Source: Tubiluchus corallicola (lineage: Eukaryota > Animalia > Priapulida). Taken from it: a stretch of 64,000 nt of DNA. The DNA lies in the NCBI GenBank assembly GCA_030141605.1, contig JAQGDQ010000611.1, positions 64,503 through 128,502 on the forward strand, written 5' to 3'. The notes below the pieces were generated by a model. The model saw nothing but the letters and a program-made list of their open reading frames with translations. It had not been told where the DNA came from and searched no databases. Below, in pieces: positions 48,547-61,355 of the stretch. The first letter of the stretch is position 1. The number at the start of each line of letters is the position of its first letter. Both the position numbers and the translations under genes were made by a program.

Positions 48547-51500
48547 CTGAAAATATAGCAACAATATCGTGTCTACTCATATTTCACTGCTGTGAATTGA
48601 TGTCAATTCTGTATTTAGTACTAGCAGTTTCGACAAAGGCTTATTTTCATTCTTTTTTATTGTTGCGAATTAAACGATTTCCTAGCTAGGTTTCGAATGA
48701 AATTTAAACTTTGCGAGTACACATTTGCAAGGATCATTTTTTTGTATAAGATCTACCTAACTTCGTAATAATATTAAAAACCGATAAAAAATACAAACGA
48801 AATTTCACCGGTGTTGGTGGTACCTTATAAGTGAATGTCACTTATAAGCGAGTACCTTATACCCGATGTTGACTTTATTTACACTGGAAAAGTGTTCAAC
48901 AGTTACAGACCACATTGAAGAACGCCACACTGTTACTTATTACTCCAGCTGTGTTATGGCTGCATTTTTACCGCATGAATGTTTTTATTTACCCAATAAT
49001 GTGGCTTCTCGAGTACTAATCTCGTGGTGGTGGGTTTTTGCAATGATCATGACAGCTGTATATGCAGGTTCGCTGGTGTCATTTTTGACAATCAAAACAC
49101 CTTTACACCCCTTCACGTTACTGGAGAAGTTACCGCAAAGTCCCTTAACTCCAGCCAGTTTTGTCGACTGGGCAGTGGTCGAAGACCTTATCAATAGCCT
49201 TTCGAATACTAACTGTGGAAGAAGATGCAAAAAGACAATAATGCCGTAGTAAAAACAACAGATGAAGCTCTAAAACTTGTTGCTTCAGGTGGTTGTGCCT
49301 TTTTGGGATCGAGCTACGATTCAGAATGACTGATTATACACGATTTCCAAAAACATGGTAAACGTCGATTTGTAATGGCGCCATTTTCAGTGTCCACAGC
49401 CATAGTATCTTGGGGCACGCCCAGGCAAAGCAAGATTTCAACAATTGTAAAATATGTAGTAGAGTTTTCAAAGTTGTTTAAATAATAGTGGTAAATGAAA
49501 GTAGTACGAAATGCATACAAAGTGAATGGCTCTCAATATTTAGCACCTACTATGCAAGTTGCAACTCAAGTACTGAGTATGACGAACTTACATTCAGCCT
49601 TTCTTATACTTTCTATAGGCAATGGCACTGCCACCATTGTGATTCGCCTAGAATGCCTGTATAGGAAATTTGGAAAAGCATCTTCTGCTTGACAGTGGGT
49701 TGAAAGGCCTTTATTCTTTCTAGAAAACGCCGTGTGACTTTTCATAGTTTGTAATATAATTAGCTTTTAACAGAACCAACTGTTGAAGCAACGGTTGATT
49801 CACACTATAATTTAAAAATGCAATTTATGAACTCAAGAAACAGTTAATTTTTTAATTACATTAAAAAATGTTGATCAAACGCTAGTGATATCATTAACTA
49901 TACCTCTAGGTAAGAAAGCTAAAGAACAACAAATGCCACAACAACTAGTAAATATTCATAGCTGACATCATTCTTTTTCTGATATTGTTACTTACACTTT
50001 CTATAGTTGTTCGGTTGTTTATTACCAACGATGTGTGCAGAAAGACCAACAGTGAGATAAGAATCAATGCCACAAAACTGATAATCGCCGTCACAATAGT
50101 AAACATTTAGTCAAGAAAAAAATTATTGTAGCAAATATTCTACACAATGCAGTCGGTATAAATACTTATTTACGTAATGATCATCAGGTTTTAACTACAA
50201 AATCATTTTAGTTAAAGATACTAATTATAAGAAGCATTAGATAAGAATTTAACAAAGGATATCTGGCTGGTATATGTCGAGTTGCCTCCCTGGCCCCAAT
50301 CTGTTTTGACACTGTGAAAAGAAAAATGATGTGTGATGTATAAGCCACCTGAATAACAGAAGAAATACGAGCACGTCAAACCTCGTGCTGACCTCTGGCG
50401 TGCACAAGTTTGGTTATGCACAGAGTCAGCTTCTTGATTTTATGTCACCCACTACCCCCCAATTGGTAAACCCATTTTTTCATAAATATTAGAAGCTTAT
50501 CTGCTGAATTTCACTGTTTCATGCTGAAAATCATTAGTGCTGTTGCAACTGGTAAACACACTGTGAATTTAACTTTATATTATCTTGAAAATCATTAGGC
50601 ATATTTAACAGGTTATCTACCATTGTCTCACTTCATAAGTATAAGGAAGGAAATTTCATAAGGGATTGAAGGAACTTGCAATTAAAATTGGCTAAATTCT
50701 CGTGCCCTAATTCCAAACGAGTGGAACAACGGTCTTCATATTAACCAGTGGTGGCTCGTGTATAAGTACTGTGGAGCTGCACATGCGCACATGTCTGAGC
50801 CCAGGTAGAAAATGTACTGTCGCTCACACCGTTTGTTGTCAGTTGTCACATGCTTACTGTGAGTGGATCAAGCTTGAGCTGCGATAATTTAGGCTATTAG
50901 TAAGCAAAAGTAGTTTTGTATAGGATTTTAACAAGTTTATGAACAACTTACCTATGTTTGTTTGTTTAAAATTACAATTACAAACTGGAACATTAAAATT
51001 ACACGTGTTTGTTTCGTTTTACACAGTATTAAAATAATGCCTTAACATTTTCTTAGAATTTCAACTAACCGCCACTGTTAATAACGTCACTATTCTGGCG
51101 AATGAGGGCAAGAATAAACTAAAAAAGGGGAGAACATTGATTACTAAAAAATCTCAACAAATTCCAAGATTTGTTACTGTATATAGAACATGGTATGACA
51201 ATTTTTTTTTTAAAACTGAGACTGTAAGCCAGCTTGTACAACTAACTTAAGACCAAAAATTTGAAATTTCTAAAAAAAATTGCTATTTGATTGGATACCC
51301 TCTGAAATGCATGCAGGGCCCGTTGCACCCTTGACTCTTTATTCAAGCAACAGAAGATGATGCGAACTTATTCGTCCTTATTCAACACAAAGGTGTAACA
51401 AAAAGGAAAACCGGAAGATTGTGTAAACACGAGGTCAGAATAAAGAATGCTCTATAATATTGAAAACTACAATCCCTTATTTTTAAATCAAAGCTTAGAC

Positions 51501-54500
51501 TAAATAATAATTACCTCGGATACTCAAATTTCGTTAAACTTTCAAAGCTACGCACGGCTCAGTGAATCTACTAAGATTGGCAACGGCGCTTTTTTGTCAC
51601 ATTCGTGTGATCGACAAATAGAAGGCGGTACCGTGATAAGCATGATCATTGACTGCTGTGTTAGCTTCTGACGTCATATGATGTAATGCCCATTTTGCGT
51701 GACATCACGCGTTTAAGCAGTACTGTAGCACTTATTCAAATGTGTTTGTTGCGCAAGGGAAGATGCCTGCCATTGCACAAACTGTGGTTAGTTTCTGACG
51801 TAAGCAATAGCTGTGTTCGGTTGCCGTTAATTAACTTTCTAAGCTAATAATCCAAGGAACAATTGTTAACTTTTGTAGGCAAGAAATGTTTATTTTGGGC
51901 AGTAAATTAAGATGAGATTGAGTCTAAACAATCGTCCGGTCTTCCTTTAAGAAGGTTATTATAGTATACGATGGCAAACAGGTGTAAATCTGCGTGATAC
52001 GTAAACTTACAGCAAACAAGGTGAATGATGGAGCATACGAGAATATACGTAAAGAGAGCCCAAATGGAGAGTATAAAAAGGTAGAAATATCGGTAATTTC
52101 TCTTCCCAACACAGTTGCCAGTATAATGACAATGGTGATCGAAACGATCTGCAATGAAAAGAGCTTGATGTAGTGTATAAATTTAATCCTGAAAGATACA
52201 AATTATGAGTAAATTATGAAGTTTCGAATTGAAAGCTCGTTTCAGATTTTCGTTACATTTAAATGAATGTGTTTATCTGAGATTAGGACCTTGACTATGA
52301 CAAATGCTGGTAGAATGACGATGATGACTTTGGCGGTGACAGTAGTGGCTGTGGTGGTTGTTGCGATAGAAATTGGGGTGACGAAAATGATGATCATGAC
52401 GACGGCAATGATGTTGATGATAGCGGTGACATTCGTGTATTTATGTTGACGATGGTGATTTTGTTTATGCTGGTGTGGTGTAGCGGTGATGATGATGGTG
52501 GCGACAGCAGCTATAATAACGTTTAGTAATGATGATGATTATAGTGAAACCAATGAGTTCATCTAGATGGATACTACATGAACTGCTAACTTACCCACAC
52601 AGTTATCACACAGCTTACAGTGGGATGCTCTTGGAGGTCGGAAAACTTTGCAAGTAACGCAATATTTCATCTCCACTGGATGTCCATTTACCTCTACAGT
52701 TTTGGTGGGAAGCTTGTTTCGAAACTTAAACATTTTTTGCATTTGAGCTATAAACATAAATCATCAAAAATCCATTATAGTGCGTACTGGTCTGACAGTA
52801 AGTTTCACTGGATAACATTTTTAGCTAGTCCGGAATGCGAAGATTGGGTTACTCGCTTACTGAGTTTTTTGTGCTCTGATTCACAACAGCTTCGAGATAT
52901 GAAGTGCTACTATGACGAACCATTCATATGTCAAATCTAGTTGCTTTAATAGTCGAACTACAGCCATTTTTCAAAACTAGCTCCATGAGTCTAGCTACAG
53001 GTATGTTTTGCGCATGTGCAGATTGTACTAACATTAGTACTACATTTCGGCTGATGCATTCTGTTGGTTAGTTTAAACCACTCCGTACAATGTTTGACAT
53101 TGCCATGTTTCACGAGGGGTGAAATGACAACTACCAATAGATTCAACAACTGATTATCAATATTGCACGAACATTGTACATAGTCCTCGATTTCTGCTCC
53201 TAAAATGATGGTAATAAGCTTACTGTCTACAAATGCGACTTTTATAGCTTTCACAGAATCCAAATTTTCGAGGAAATTTAGAACATGCGTTGCTTGCGTC
53301 ATAATGAGTAAATGGCAGTTTTTGTATATTTCACGACAGAGAAGACTTGTTTATAGAGTTACATCGCAAGGAAGTAGGCTAACCCAAGCATGAGTAAAAG
53401 AAAGTGTTTGTAGCTGCTGTTTAAGATGGTTCCGTGAGATGTGTGAATAGCCAAGAAGGCATGCCAATATGCCACAATCTAGTATGAAGTGATCGATACT
53501 CAGGTACCGGATCTGATGCCGGGTTGCAGGATGCGGCTGTTTTTGTCAAACCTGTGAATGCGCACTAGGTCTCTGCGCATAAAAACTGTGTCACCCTTAT
53601 TCCTTATTTGGGCATTTCATTTTATTCATTTCATTTTCATTTCATTAATATCGTGGCGGAGATAAAAGAGTGAGTATTAATTATAAACTAGCCAAATCCC
53701 GCAAAGAGAATTTTGTGCATAAATGAACACACAACCCACATCACACCAACCCCACACCTCACCACATCACACCACACCGCACCACACCATACCACCAAAC
53801 CACAACACCCACACACCACGCCACCCACACCACTCAACCAACACCACACACACCACATCATCAATACCACACCACACCACCCACCCCACTCCGCCCACTC
53901 CCCCTCCCCCGAATTCTAAATATGACTATAATAACACCCACCGTTGAACGGAGTATTTAACCATTGCGGGCACCATGCCAGGCACATTCCCGTTCTCCAG
54001 AAATAAGAGGTATAAGTTTTGCAAAAAATTTCGAAAAATAAATCCCCAATGGCAAATCTGTGGGTCCGGACACTTCGTTTGATGTATAGATCGCCGAAAA
54101 TGATGCCGTCGTTGGAACTGTAGTCTTGTCGGTTATATATCCATGTATATCTATACCACCGCAATTAATATATACAATTAATTCTCTTTTCTGCATGATA
54201 CTTACCAACTTCGCTTTCGATGGCTGCAGCTTGTGTTGGCGTGGATCTGGGCACAACCCCCGGATCACGGCAAGCCGTAAGGAAGAAACAACAGGCGGTC
54301 AACAGAAATAAAATGGCACCTATTACTGGAATAACGACTGAAAATTCCCTTGCAAAGTATACACAACTGGAACAAAATTATTAAGATTAAAACCATTAAA
54401 ACTGTATTTGCTATAAATTGTCTTCGGTTCAAACACGCAGTAACTCAATGTTCAAATTGCTAAAGCAAAACCGGACCCAATCTTAAACTGTAGGTTAAAA

Positions 54501-55567
54501 CAATCTGCTCTTTAAAGTATTGACATACTATTTTTTTCAAAAAAGACTTGAAAGAATTATTAGCACACAAACGCAATTTCACAGTCACGCAACTAGTTCT
54601 TTGTTGGTACATACATTTCACCATTCGCTAGTTAGCCGGGCACTAACGCCTGCATTTCGGAAATGCGTTGCACAAAAAACAGGTGATGTACCCCTCATTT
54701 GAGATGTGTTAGTTTGTGATGAACTACACACGTTCGACAGCTCATGCATGAGCACAGCGATAAATTTGAAATTTAAATTTTTTGTCTTAAAACTTGTCTA
54801 GTTTTAGTACAACACACTGAATATCTTACAGCAGGTTTGTACTTCAAGTATCGCTTTCGCAAACACGTACAACACGCTCGTGGAATATTTTTGGTGTTGA
54901 AAATTATGTTCGTTTCTGATGTCATCAATAGCTGCGTTCGTCTACTGTTAATTAAGTTTTTAATCTATTATTTAATTATCAAAAACGCTTTTGCAGTATT
55001 AATTGTCTTAAACTGTATACTTTTTATCGGACTTGAAAAAGGGGTAGTGTATGAAAAATCATTCTGCTTTCCTTTAAAGCAAGTTTGAAAAACTTCGATG
55101 GACATTCTCAAGGGAGGTATACACCAGATTTGTTTTCAGCATTGAAATAACGATATTAATATCTACTATACGTTCGTGTTTGCGAACCAAACTCGATTCA
55201 CAATAATTATGGTAATCACGAATATGATCAGTGATACACAGATATCTAGATGGGATAACAATCAAATTTTAGCTTTGTAAACCTATTGCAGCAAACATAT
55301 AGACACCCTATCCAAATGATTACAGCAAATTCTAAGTTACACGGATCCTGAACTTATCCTACTTGTTGCCTAAGCTGTTAACTATTGATGATATTGTAAG
55401 TAATTTGTCTCTAATACTTACTCAGTATAAAAAAAGAAAGCAGTATTTACAGTGAAAAGAAATAAAGTAAAATAGAAGATCCTCAGATATTTGCCACTCA
55501 TTAATCGTCCACGACACCAGAAGCGATTCCTCCCGGGAAACTCTTCAAACTTTCTTCTTCTACTCAT
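48437..55567 (-). CDS. DHHC palmitoyltransferase, ZDHHC9/14/18 (Erf2) subfamily-like; 7 confident coding exons, 3' end continues leftward
   Basis: Exons 55567-55422, 54366-54206, 52747-52595, 52148-52011, 50311-50263, 50098-49996, 48546-48437 join in phase. Motifs [83 protein letters not shown]. Confidence 0.93.
48866..49692 (+). pseudogene. Ionotropic receptor (variant iGluR) pseudogene, C-terminal half, nested antisense in ZDHHC intron 6
   Basis: [34 protein letters not shown] (M3, cf. YTANLAAFLT), DEALKLV..G.CAFL (S2), [16 protein letters not shown] (M4); frameshift near 49245, stops at 49327, 49483, 49486 and 49492; no introns. Confidence 0.82.
49996..50098 (-). CDS. ZDHHC coding exon 6 (TM4, TTxE)
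   Basis: [34 protein letters not shown]|gtaagt. Confidence 0.9.
50099..50262 (-). other. U12-type AT-AC intron (164 nt)
   Basis: 5' ATATCCTTT, branch-like TTCTTGAC ending 11 nt before the intron 3' end, terminal AC; removal gives an in-frame join. Confidence 0.88.
50263..50311 (-). CDS. ZDHHC coding exon 5 (49 nt)
   Basis: ttttcacag|[17 protein letters not shown]|atatccttt (U12 donor). Confidence 0.85.
51404..51949 (+). mobile_element. Family B copy in ZDHHC intron 4
   Basis: aggaaaaccggaaga...tcgtccggtcttcctttaa. Confidence 0.75.
52011..52148 (-). CDS. ZDHHC coding exon 4 (DHHC motif)
   Basis: [30 protein letters not shown]...|gtaagt. Confidence 0.95.
52595..52747 (-). CDS. ZDHHC coding exon 3 (Cys-rich domain)
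   Basis: [37 protein letters not shown]|gtaagt. Confidence 0.95.
52781..52940 (+). pseudogene. C-type lectin domain C-terminal remnant
   Basis: YWSDSKFHW...CEDWV...[18 protein letters not shown] resembles W.DG...EDCV...WND..C....FICE; preceded by an acceptor-like ttatag. Confidence 0.5.
53727..53910. repeat. (CACCA)n-like low-complexity tract
   Basis: Seen directly. Confidence 0.85.
53916..54000 (-). pseudogene. Possible C-type lectin N-terminal remnant
   Basis: [16 protein letters not shown] resembles CP.GW..FNG.CYY; ends next to a (CAC)n-rich tract. Confidence 0.35.
54206..54366 (-). CDS. ZDHHC coding exon 2 (DPG motif)
   Basis: [53 protein letters not shown]|gtaagt. Confidence 0.92.
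54460..55077 (+). mobile_element. Family A copy in ZDHHC intron 1
   Basis: taaagcaaaaccggaccc...ttcctttaa, matches the 28398 copy. Confidence 0.75.
55422..55567 (-). CDS. ZDHHC coding exon 1
   Basis: [25 protein letters not shown]...FFFYT|gtaagt; an acceptor AG lies 5 nt upstream of the ATG. Confidence 0.9.
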
Positions 55568-56979
55568 GTCAACTTGTTGAAGAAAATAAAAGAGCAGTTT
55601 ATCTAGCAAAACTTTTGAGTAAACAAATATAGTTTATAAAATACACATGCATGCACACAGATGAATGCAGCAGCAGCCGAACTGTTTCTACTGAGTTAAT
55701 TTAACAAGCACCTTCCTCACGTTTCGCACACTATTGAATTACAACCTCAAAAAGACTTTCAGCATATGAAGAGCACCCGTATTGCTGTTTGCCAGGAGGC
55801 AATTTCTACCACATTTAACAATAAGAACTCCATGCAGTGCCAAGCAGATGTTTAACATTTAGAACGGTATATTATTTGCAGTTATACTTTTGTGATTAAA
55901 GGAACAATTGTTAAATTAGTATAATTCAAAACATTTATATTTGTACTTACGCTATGTATATGTAATTATTTTGTTGAATGCAGCAGAACGTTTTTACTTA
56001 ATTAATTGAACAAGCGCCCTACTGAATCGCATCCTCAAGAAGAAGACTTCGTTTATCTAGACGACGGTAACGCGTCATGTGTGCTGTGACGTTATCAGTG
56101 ACACGTCATCGTTGGAGTCCAGTTGCTAAGTAGTAGCAGCTAACTGACGCAGAAAATCAGCTAGGTCGGCTAAAGTTGACTGATTTTTTAGTCAAAAATC
56201 AGCTAAATCAACTAAACAGTGAATTTTTGATAACTAAATAAATGATAAATTGTTAGTTAACTGTAAATTATTAAGACAACTTTTTAAAATAATTCCTATT
56301 GCTTATACACAGAGAAAAAGCTGATGTACAAATTCAAATAATTATAAAAAACAATAGGTTTATTGCAAATATAGTTTAAATCCAATTATTGGCGAATCTT
56401 GATACTGACGGATCAATACTAAAACACCAAAATGATCCCATACGTGTGACTAACGTCGCCTATTCGTGTATTTAATTTTGAATTGACCAGCTTTCTTGTT
56501 CAAAAATTTCTGAAGTTTAGTATCTCTGGCACATTTGCATTTCAACCAGTAATTTACAGTGCCGCGTGATATTATCACAAAAGCGGCTGGCGAGATTAAA
56601 GCTGGGTTTCTTATCGGCCAGGTCAGGTAGAAATAAACCGGCTGGAGCTCAACTGAAACAGCGTGGCTTTGGCCTCTACATATAGTGTTGGTGTCAAGCA
56701 ATTTAATCCAGCATTCTATAATTATTTGTTTTCTTTTCGTATTTTTACAAACATGCATTTCCTGAAAGTGTTTAAAACAAAGCCAGCCTTAGTCATGTGA
56801 CCTAAGCTTTAGTAGTATACGCCACCTATCAATCACACTTGTTCCTACACGTAGTTACATTCTCTGTTGCCGCTATGCTGATCATGCCGTTTGGTGATAC
56901 TTGCATTGCTTTGTCTATTTTGTTACAATTTAACAGTCACTAGTTGTATTTTCAAGCCAAAGTTGTCACCAGTAAATGT

Positions 56980-57930
56980 AAGTCACCACCAATTACGCAA
57001 AAATAAGGACGATTTCTACCAACAATGCCAAGATGTGCTGAATGACATCCCCAGCCATGACATCATTCTCTTCATGGGTGACATGAATGCGCAGATTGAC
57101 AACAACAGACACGGACTGATGCATGTAATCGGGCCACATGGATCAGCTCCAGAAACAAACAACAATGGTGAACGGCTCCTGTTGTTGTGCAATCTAAATG
57201 AACTGTGCATTGGAAACACCTATTTTGCCCACAAGACCTTCCACAAGAAGACATGGAGATCACCAGATGGGAATACCCTGAATGAAATCGACTACATCTG
57301 TACCAGCAAGAGATGGATATCAGCACTGAAATGTGTGAAAGTGTGCCGTGGAGCTGATGTGGAGCTGACGTGGAGCTGATGTGGAGCTGAGGTGGAGCTG
57401 CCGTGGAGCTGGTGTGGAGCTGATGTGGAGCTGATGTGGAGCTGTCGTGGAGCTGGTGTGGAGCTGATGTGGAGCTGATGTGGAGCTGATGTGGAGCTGC
57501 CGTGGAGCTGATTTGGCTTCTGGTCATTACTTCAAGCTTCAGCTCAAACTGAAAAAGATACAGAAGCCAAAAATCGCCAAACCTTTTGCGGTTGAAAAAT
57601 TAAAAAACCAAGAAAAAGCAAGCAGGTTTGAACTTGCACTTAGCAACAGATTTGAACCACTACTACAAGCCAGCAAAATTGAAGAACAATGGAAAATATT
57701 CAAGGAAGCAGTAACAACAGTTGCAGATGAACAGCTTGGCAGAAGAAGGGCTAACAGGAAATAAATGTAGATACAGGAAAAAACTTGGGAATTATTAGAT
57801 GAAAGAGAATCAAACAAGAGAGAGACCTAGCAAAAACACTAGAAAGCAAGAGCCAAGCCAATGAGCAGTACCAACTGGCAGATAGAGCAGTGAAAAGAAG
57901 TTGCAGAAGGGAAGATGGTTTGACTTATGG
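56980..57930 (+). mobile_element. RTE-clade LINE fragment, AP endonuclease region
   Basis: KDDFYQQ..ILFMGDMNAQI..NNNGERLL..IGNTYFAHK..KKTWRSPDG..NEIDYI..RGAD(L)ASGH..LSNRFEPL; decayed. Confidence 0.9.
57348..57511. repeat. 11-bp minisatellite (gtggagctgat) x15 inside the LINE endonuclease
   Basis: Seen directly. Confidence 0.95.
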
Positions 57931-59941
57931 AAAGACTGGAAAAACTTATGTAACCAGAAAAGAAAATTATGAATTATTTAAAATGTTTTCAACAATTGGT
58001 AAACTCACATAACCGAAAACGTATTTTTAATCTTACTGACAAGATACAGTAATTTAAAATTTTACTTAGTTAGTGTCCTGTGCACTATGAATTCTCTGAT
58101 TATTTTTTCAAACTTTACTCAGTGTTATCTAAACTTGTTTCAAATGGATTATCGTCAAAATGGCTGCGTCTAACGGTCAAAATGATCTTGATTTAGTAAC
58201 ACGTTCCCCTGTACAGCTTTAAGCACTTTATAAGCCCATAAAGCTCAAATAAGTCAGTCGCCTTACACACCACAAACAGTTACCATCATAAAGTATCTCG
58301 TTTATATAAATGCCTGTAAGGGCAGTATACGGCTATAAACACACGACATCTTGATGGGATTTCTTTCACATCCTGGTTCCCTGATCGTCTGATTGGAAAT
58401 TACAAGTTATGTGTGCATCCAAACCAAGATGGAGATCAGCAGCAAAGCGAGAAATGCCACAACTATTTTGCGTGACGTCACGCGTTTAAGCAGTACTGCA
58501 GCACTTATTCAAATGTGTTTGACGCGTAAGCGAAGACGCCTGCCATTGCACAAACTGTGGTTAGTTTCTGACGTAAGCAATAGCTGTGTTCGGTTGCCGT
58601 TAATCAATTTTCTAAGCTAATAATCCAAGGAACAATTGTTAACTTTTATAGGCAAGAAAATGTATATTTTGGACAGGAAATAAAAATGAGATTGAGTCTA
58701 AACAATCGTCCGGTTTTCCTCTAAAGAACAGAGCTCCAAAAGATAGTGAAAGCCCCAGGCAGAGAACTATAATCTAGAACTATAATTGTTAAATAAAATT
58801 TAGTTTAGCACATTACCTCAGAAATTTTCTTCCAATCAATTCAATTAGTTTCAATCATTCATTTTCGATCATTTACAAGGTCTTCAGTAAATCATTCGCT
58901 AAGCTATTCGTTAGTCTATTTCCAATTCCCTATTCTCTTTTCACACGTTCATTTCCTATTCACACATTCATTTATTTAATCAATCGATGCACAAATATAA
59001 CTTTTTTTTAGTCATTTTGGTACTTCTGTAATTTTAAAACAGACATCTTCTTATAAAATGTTGCAAAAAATAGTAAGTACAGGAATTTAGGTGAAAACAT
59101 CTTCAACCTGCAGAGGTTGGAATTACGTTGCCAAGGTGACAATGACCGCAAAGTTCACGGCTAGTTCTGCTTGCAAAATTCATAGTCCTTCATGTGACAC
59201 ATGGCACTGTTTTGAAAACTATTACGCAAATGTGGTTGATGCGCCGTGGAAGACGCTTGCCATTGCACAAACTCTGGTTAGTTTCTGACGTAAGCAATAG
59301 CTGTGTTCGGTTGCCGTTAATTAACTTTCTAAGCTAATTATTCAAATATAAGAAAAAAGTGCTAACGTTAACAGACAAGAAAATGTATATTTTGGACAGT
59401 AAATAAAAATGAGATTGAGTCTAAAGATTCGTCCGGTTTTCCTCTAAAGAATTATTCTGCATCCAAGAGCAACACGTTAAATCCAATTTAAAAAATCTGA
59501 AATTTTGACTGCTTATTCAGAACTGCAGTAGTCTGGCACTTTTTTATCCACGTCAGCACGTTGCAAGCATTCGATAGCAGGGTCTTCTCAGTGTGATATT
59601 TAAAGCGTGACCACAGCCTGACTCATTACAATGAAAGACCTTTCCAGAAGAGCCAAACTGAACAGGCAGGTGCCGTAGCCACACTATGGTGTATATACAG
59701 TAAATAAGCATGTGTAAATAAGCAAATTATGTGTTTTTTAGAAAAATTCTAAAAACAATTCTGGCCAGTTCTTGTGCAGCTGCATAGCCAATGCCGGAAC
59801 TGACACCGGATATCAGGATAACTCTTCCGGTCATGTCTCTTGACACCTTTTTTTATTCTGTTGCGTGACTTTTCTATTCGTTATCAGAGCATATGTACAG
59901 TACAGTAAGAATGTTCCCAGATATGACACGACCATCATGTT

Positions 59942-61355
59942 AACACGTTCACTCAGTACTAAGTTCAACAACACGTTCACTCAGTACCAAGTTCAACAAC
60001 ACGTTCACTCAGTACTAAGTTCAACAACACGTTCACTCAGTACTAAGTTCAACAACACGTTCACTCAGTACTAAGTTCAACAACACGTTCACTCAGTACT
60101 AAGTTCAACAACACGTTCACTCAGTACCAAGTTCAACAACACGTTCACTCAGTACCAAGTTCAACAACACGTTCACTCAGTACCAAGTTCAACAACACGT
60201 TCACTCAGTACCAAGTTCAACAACACGTTCACTCAGTACCAAGTTCAACAACACGTTCACTCAGTACCAAGTTCAACAACACGTTCACTCAGTACCAAGT
60301 TCAACAACACGTTCACTCAGTACCAAGTTCAACAACACGTTCACTCAGTACTAAGTTCATCAACATGTTCACTCAGTACCAAGTTCAACAACACGTTCAC
60401 TCAGTACCAAGTTCAACAACACGTTCACTCAGTACTAAGTTCAACAGCACGTTCATTCAGTACCAAGTTCAACAACACGTTCACTCAGTACCAAGTTCAA
60501 CAACACGTTCACTCAGTACCAAGTTCAACAACACGTTCACTCAGTACCAAGTTCAACAACACGTTCACTCAGTACCAAGTTCAACAACACGTTCACTCAG
60601 TACCAAGTTCAACAACACGTTCACTCAGTACCAAGTTCAACAACACGTTCACTCAGTATCAAGTTCAACAACACGTTCACTCAGTACTAAGTTCAACAGC
60701 ACGTTCACTCAGTACTAAGTTCAACAACACGTTCACTCAGTACAAGTTCAACAACACTCACTCAGTACCAAGTTCAACAACACGTTCACTCAGTACCAAG
60801 TTCAACAACACGTTCACTCAGTACCAAGTTCAACAACACGTTCACTCAGTACCAAGTTCAACAACACGTTCACTCAGTACCAAGTTCAACAACACGTTCA
60901 CTCAGTACTAAGTTCATCAACATGTTCACTCAGTACCAAGTTCAACAACACGTTCACTCAGTACCAAGTTCAACAACACGTTCACTCAGTACTAAGTTCA
61001 ACAACACGTTCACTCAGTACCAAGTTCAACAACACGTTCACTCAGTACCAAGTTCAACAACACGTTCACTCAGTACCAAGTTCAACAACACGTTCACTCA
61101 GTACCAAGTTCAACAACACGTTCACTCAGTACCAAGTTCAACAACACGTTCACTCAGTACCAAGTTCAACAACACGTTCACTCAGTACCAAGTTCAACAA
61201 CACGTTCACTCAGTACTAAGTTCAACACACGTTCACTCAGTACAAGTCACACGTTCATCAGTACAAAGTTCAACAACACGTTCACTCAGTACCAAGTTCA
61301 ACAACACGTTCACTCAGTACCGAGTTCAACAACACGTTCACTCAGTACCAAGTTC
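59942..61355. repeat. 28-bp satellite, about 50 copies
   Basis: Unit aacacgttcactcagtac(c/t)aagttcaac. Confidence 0.98.

Noticed and set aside
56050-56150. ZDHHC core promoter (TCAGTT Inr-like, donor at 55950)
   Set aside because: Plausible, but the short motifs alone are insufficient and DPE spacing does not fit
59942-61355. 28-bp repeat array as a CRISPR array
   Set aside because: Units are head-to-tail with no unique spacers, no cas genes, eukaryotic context
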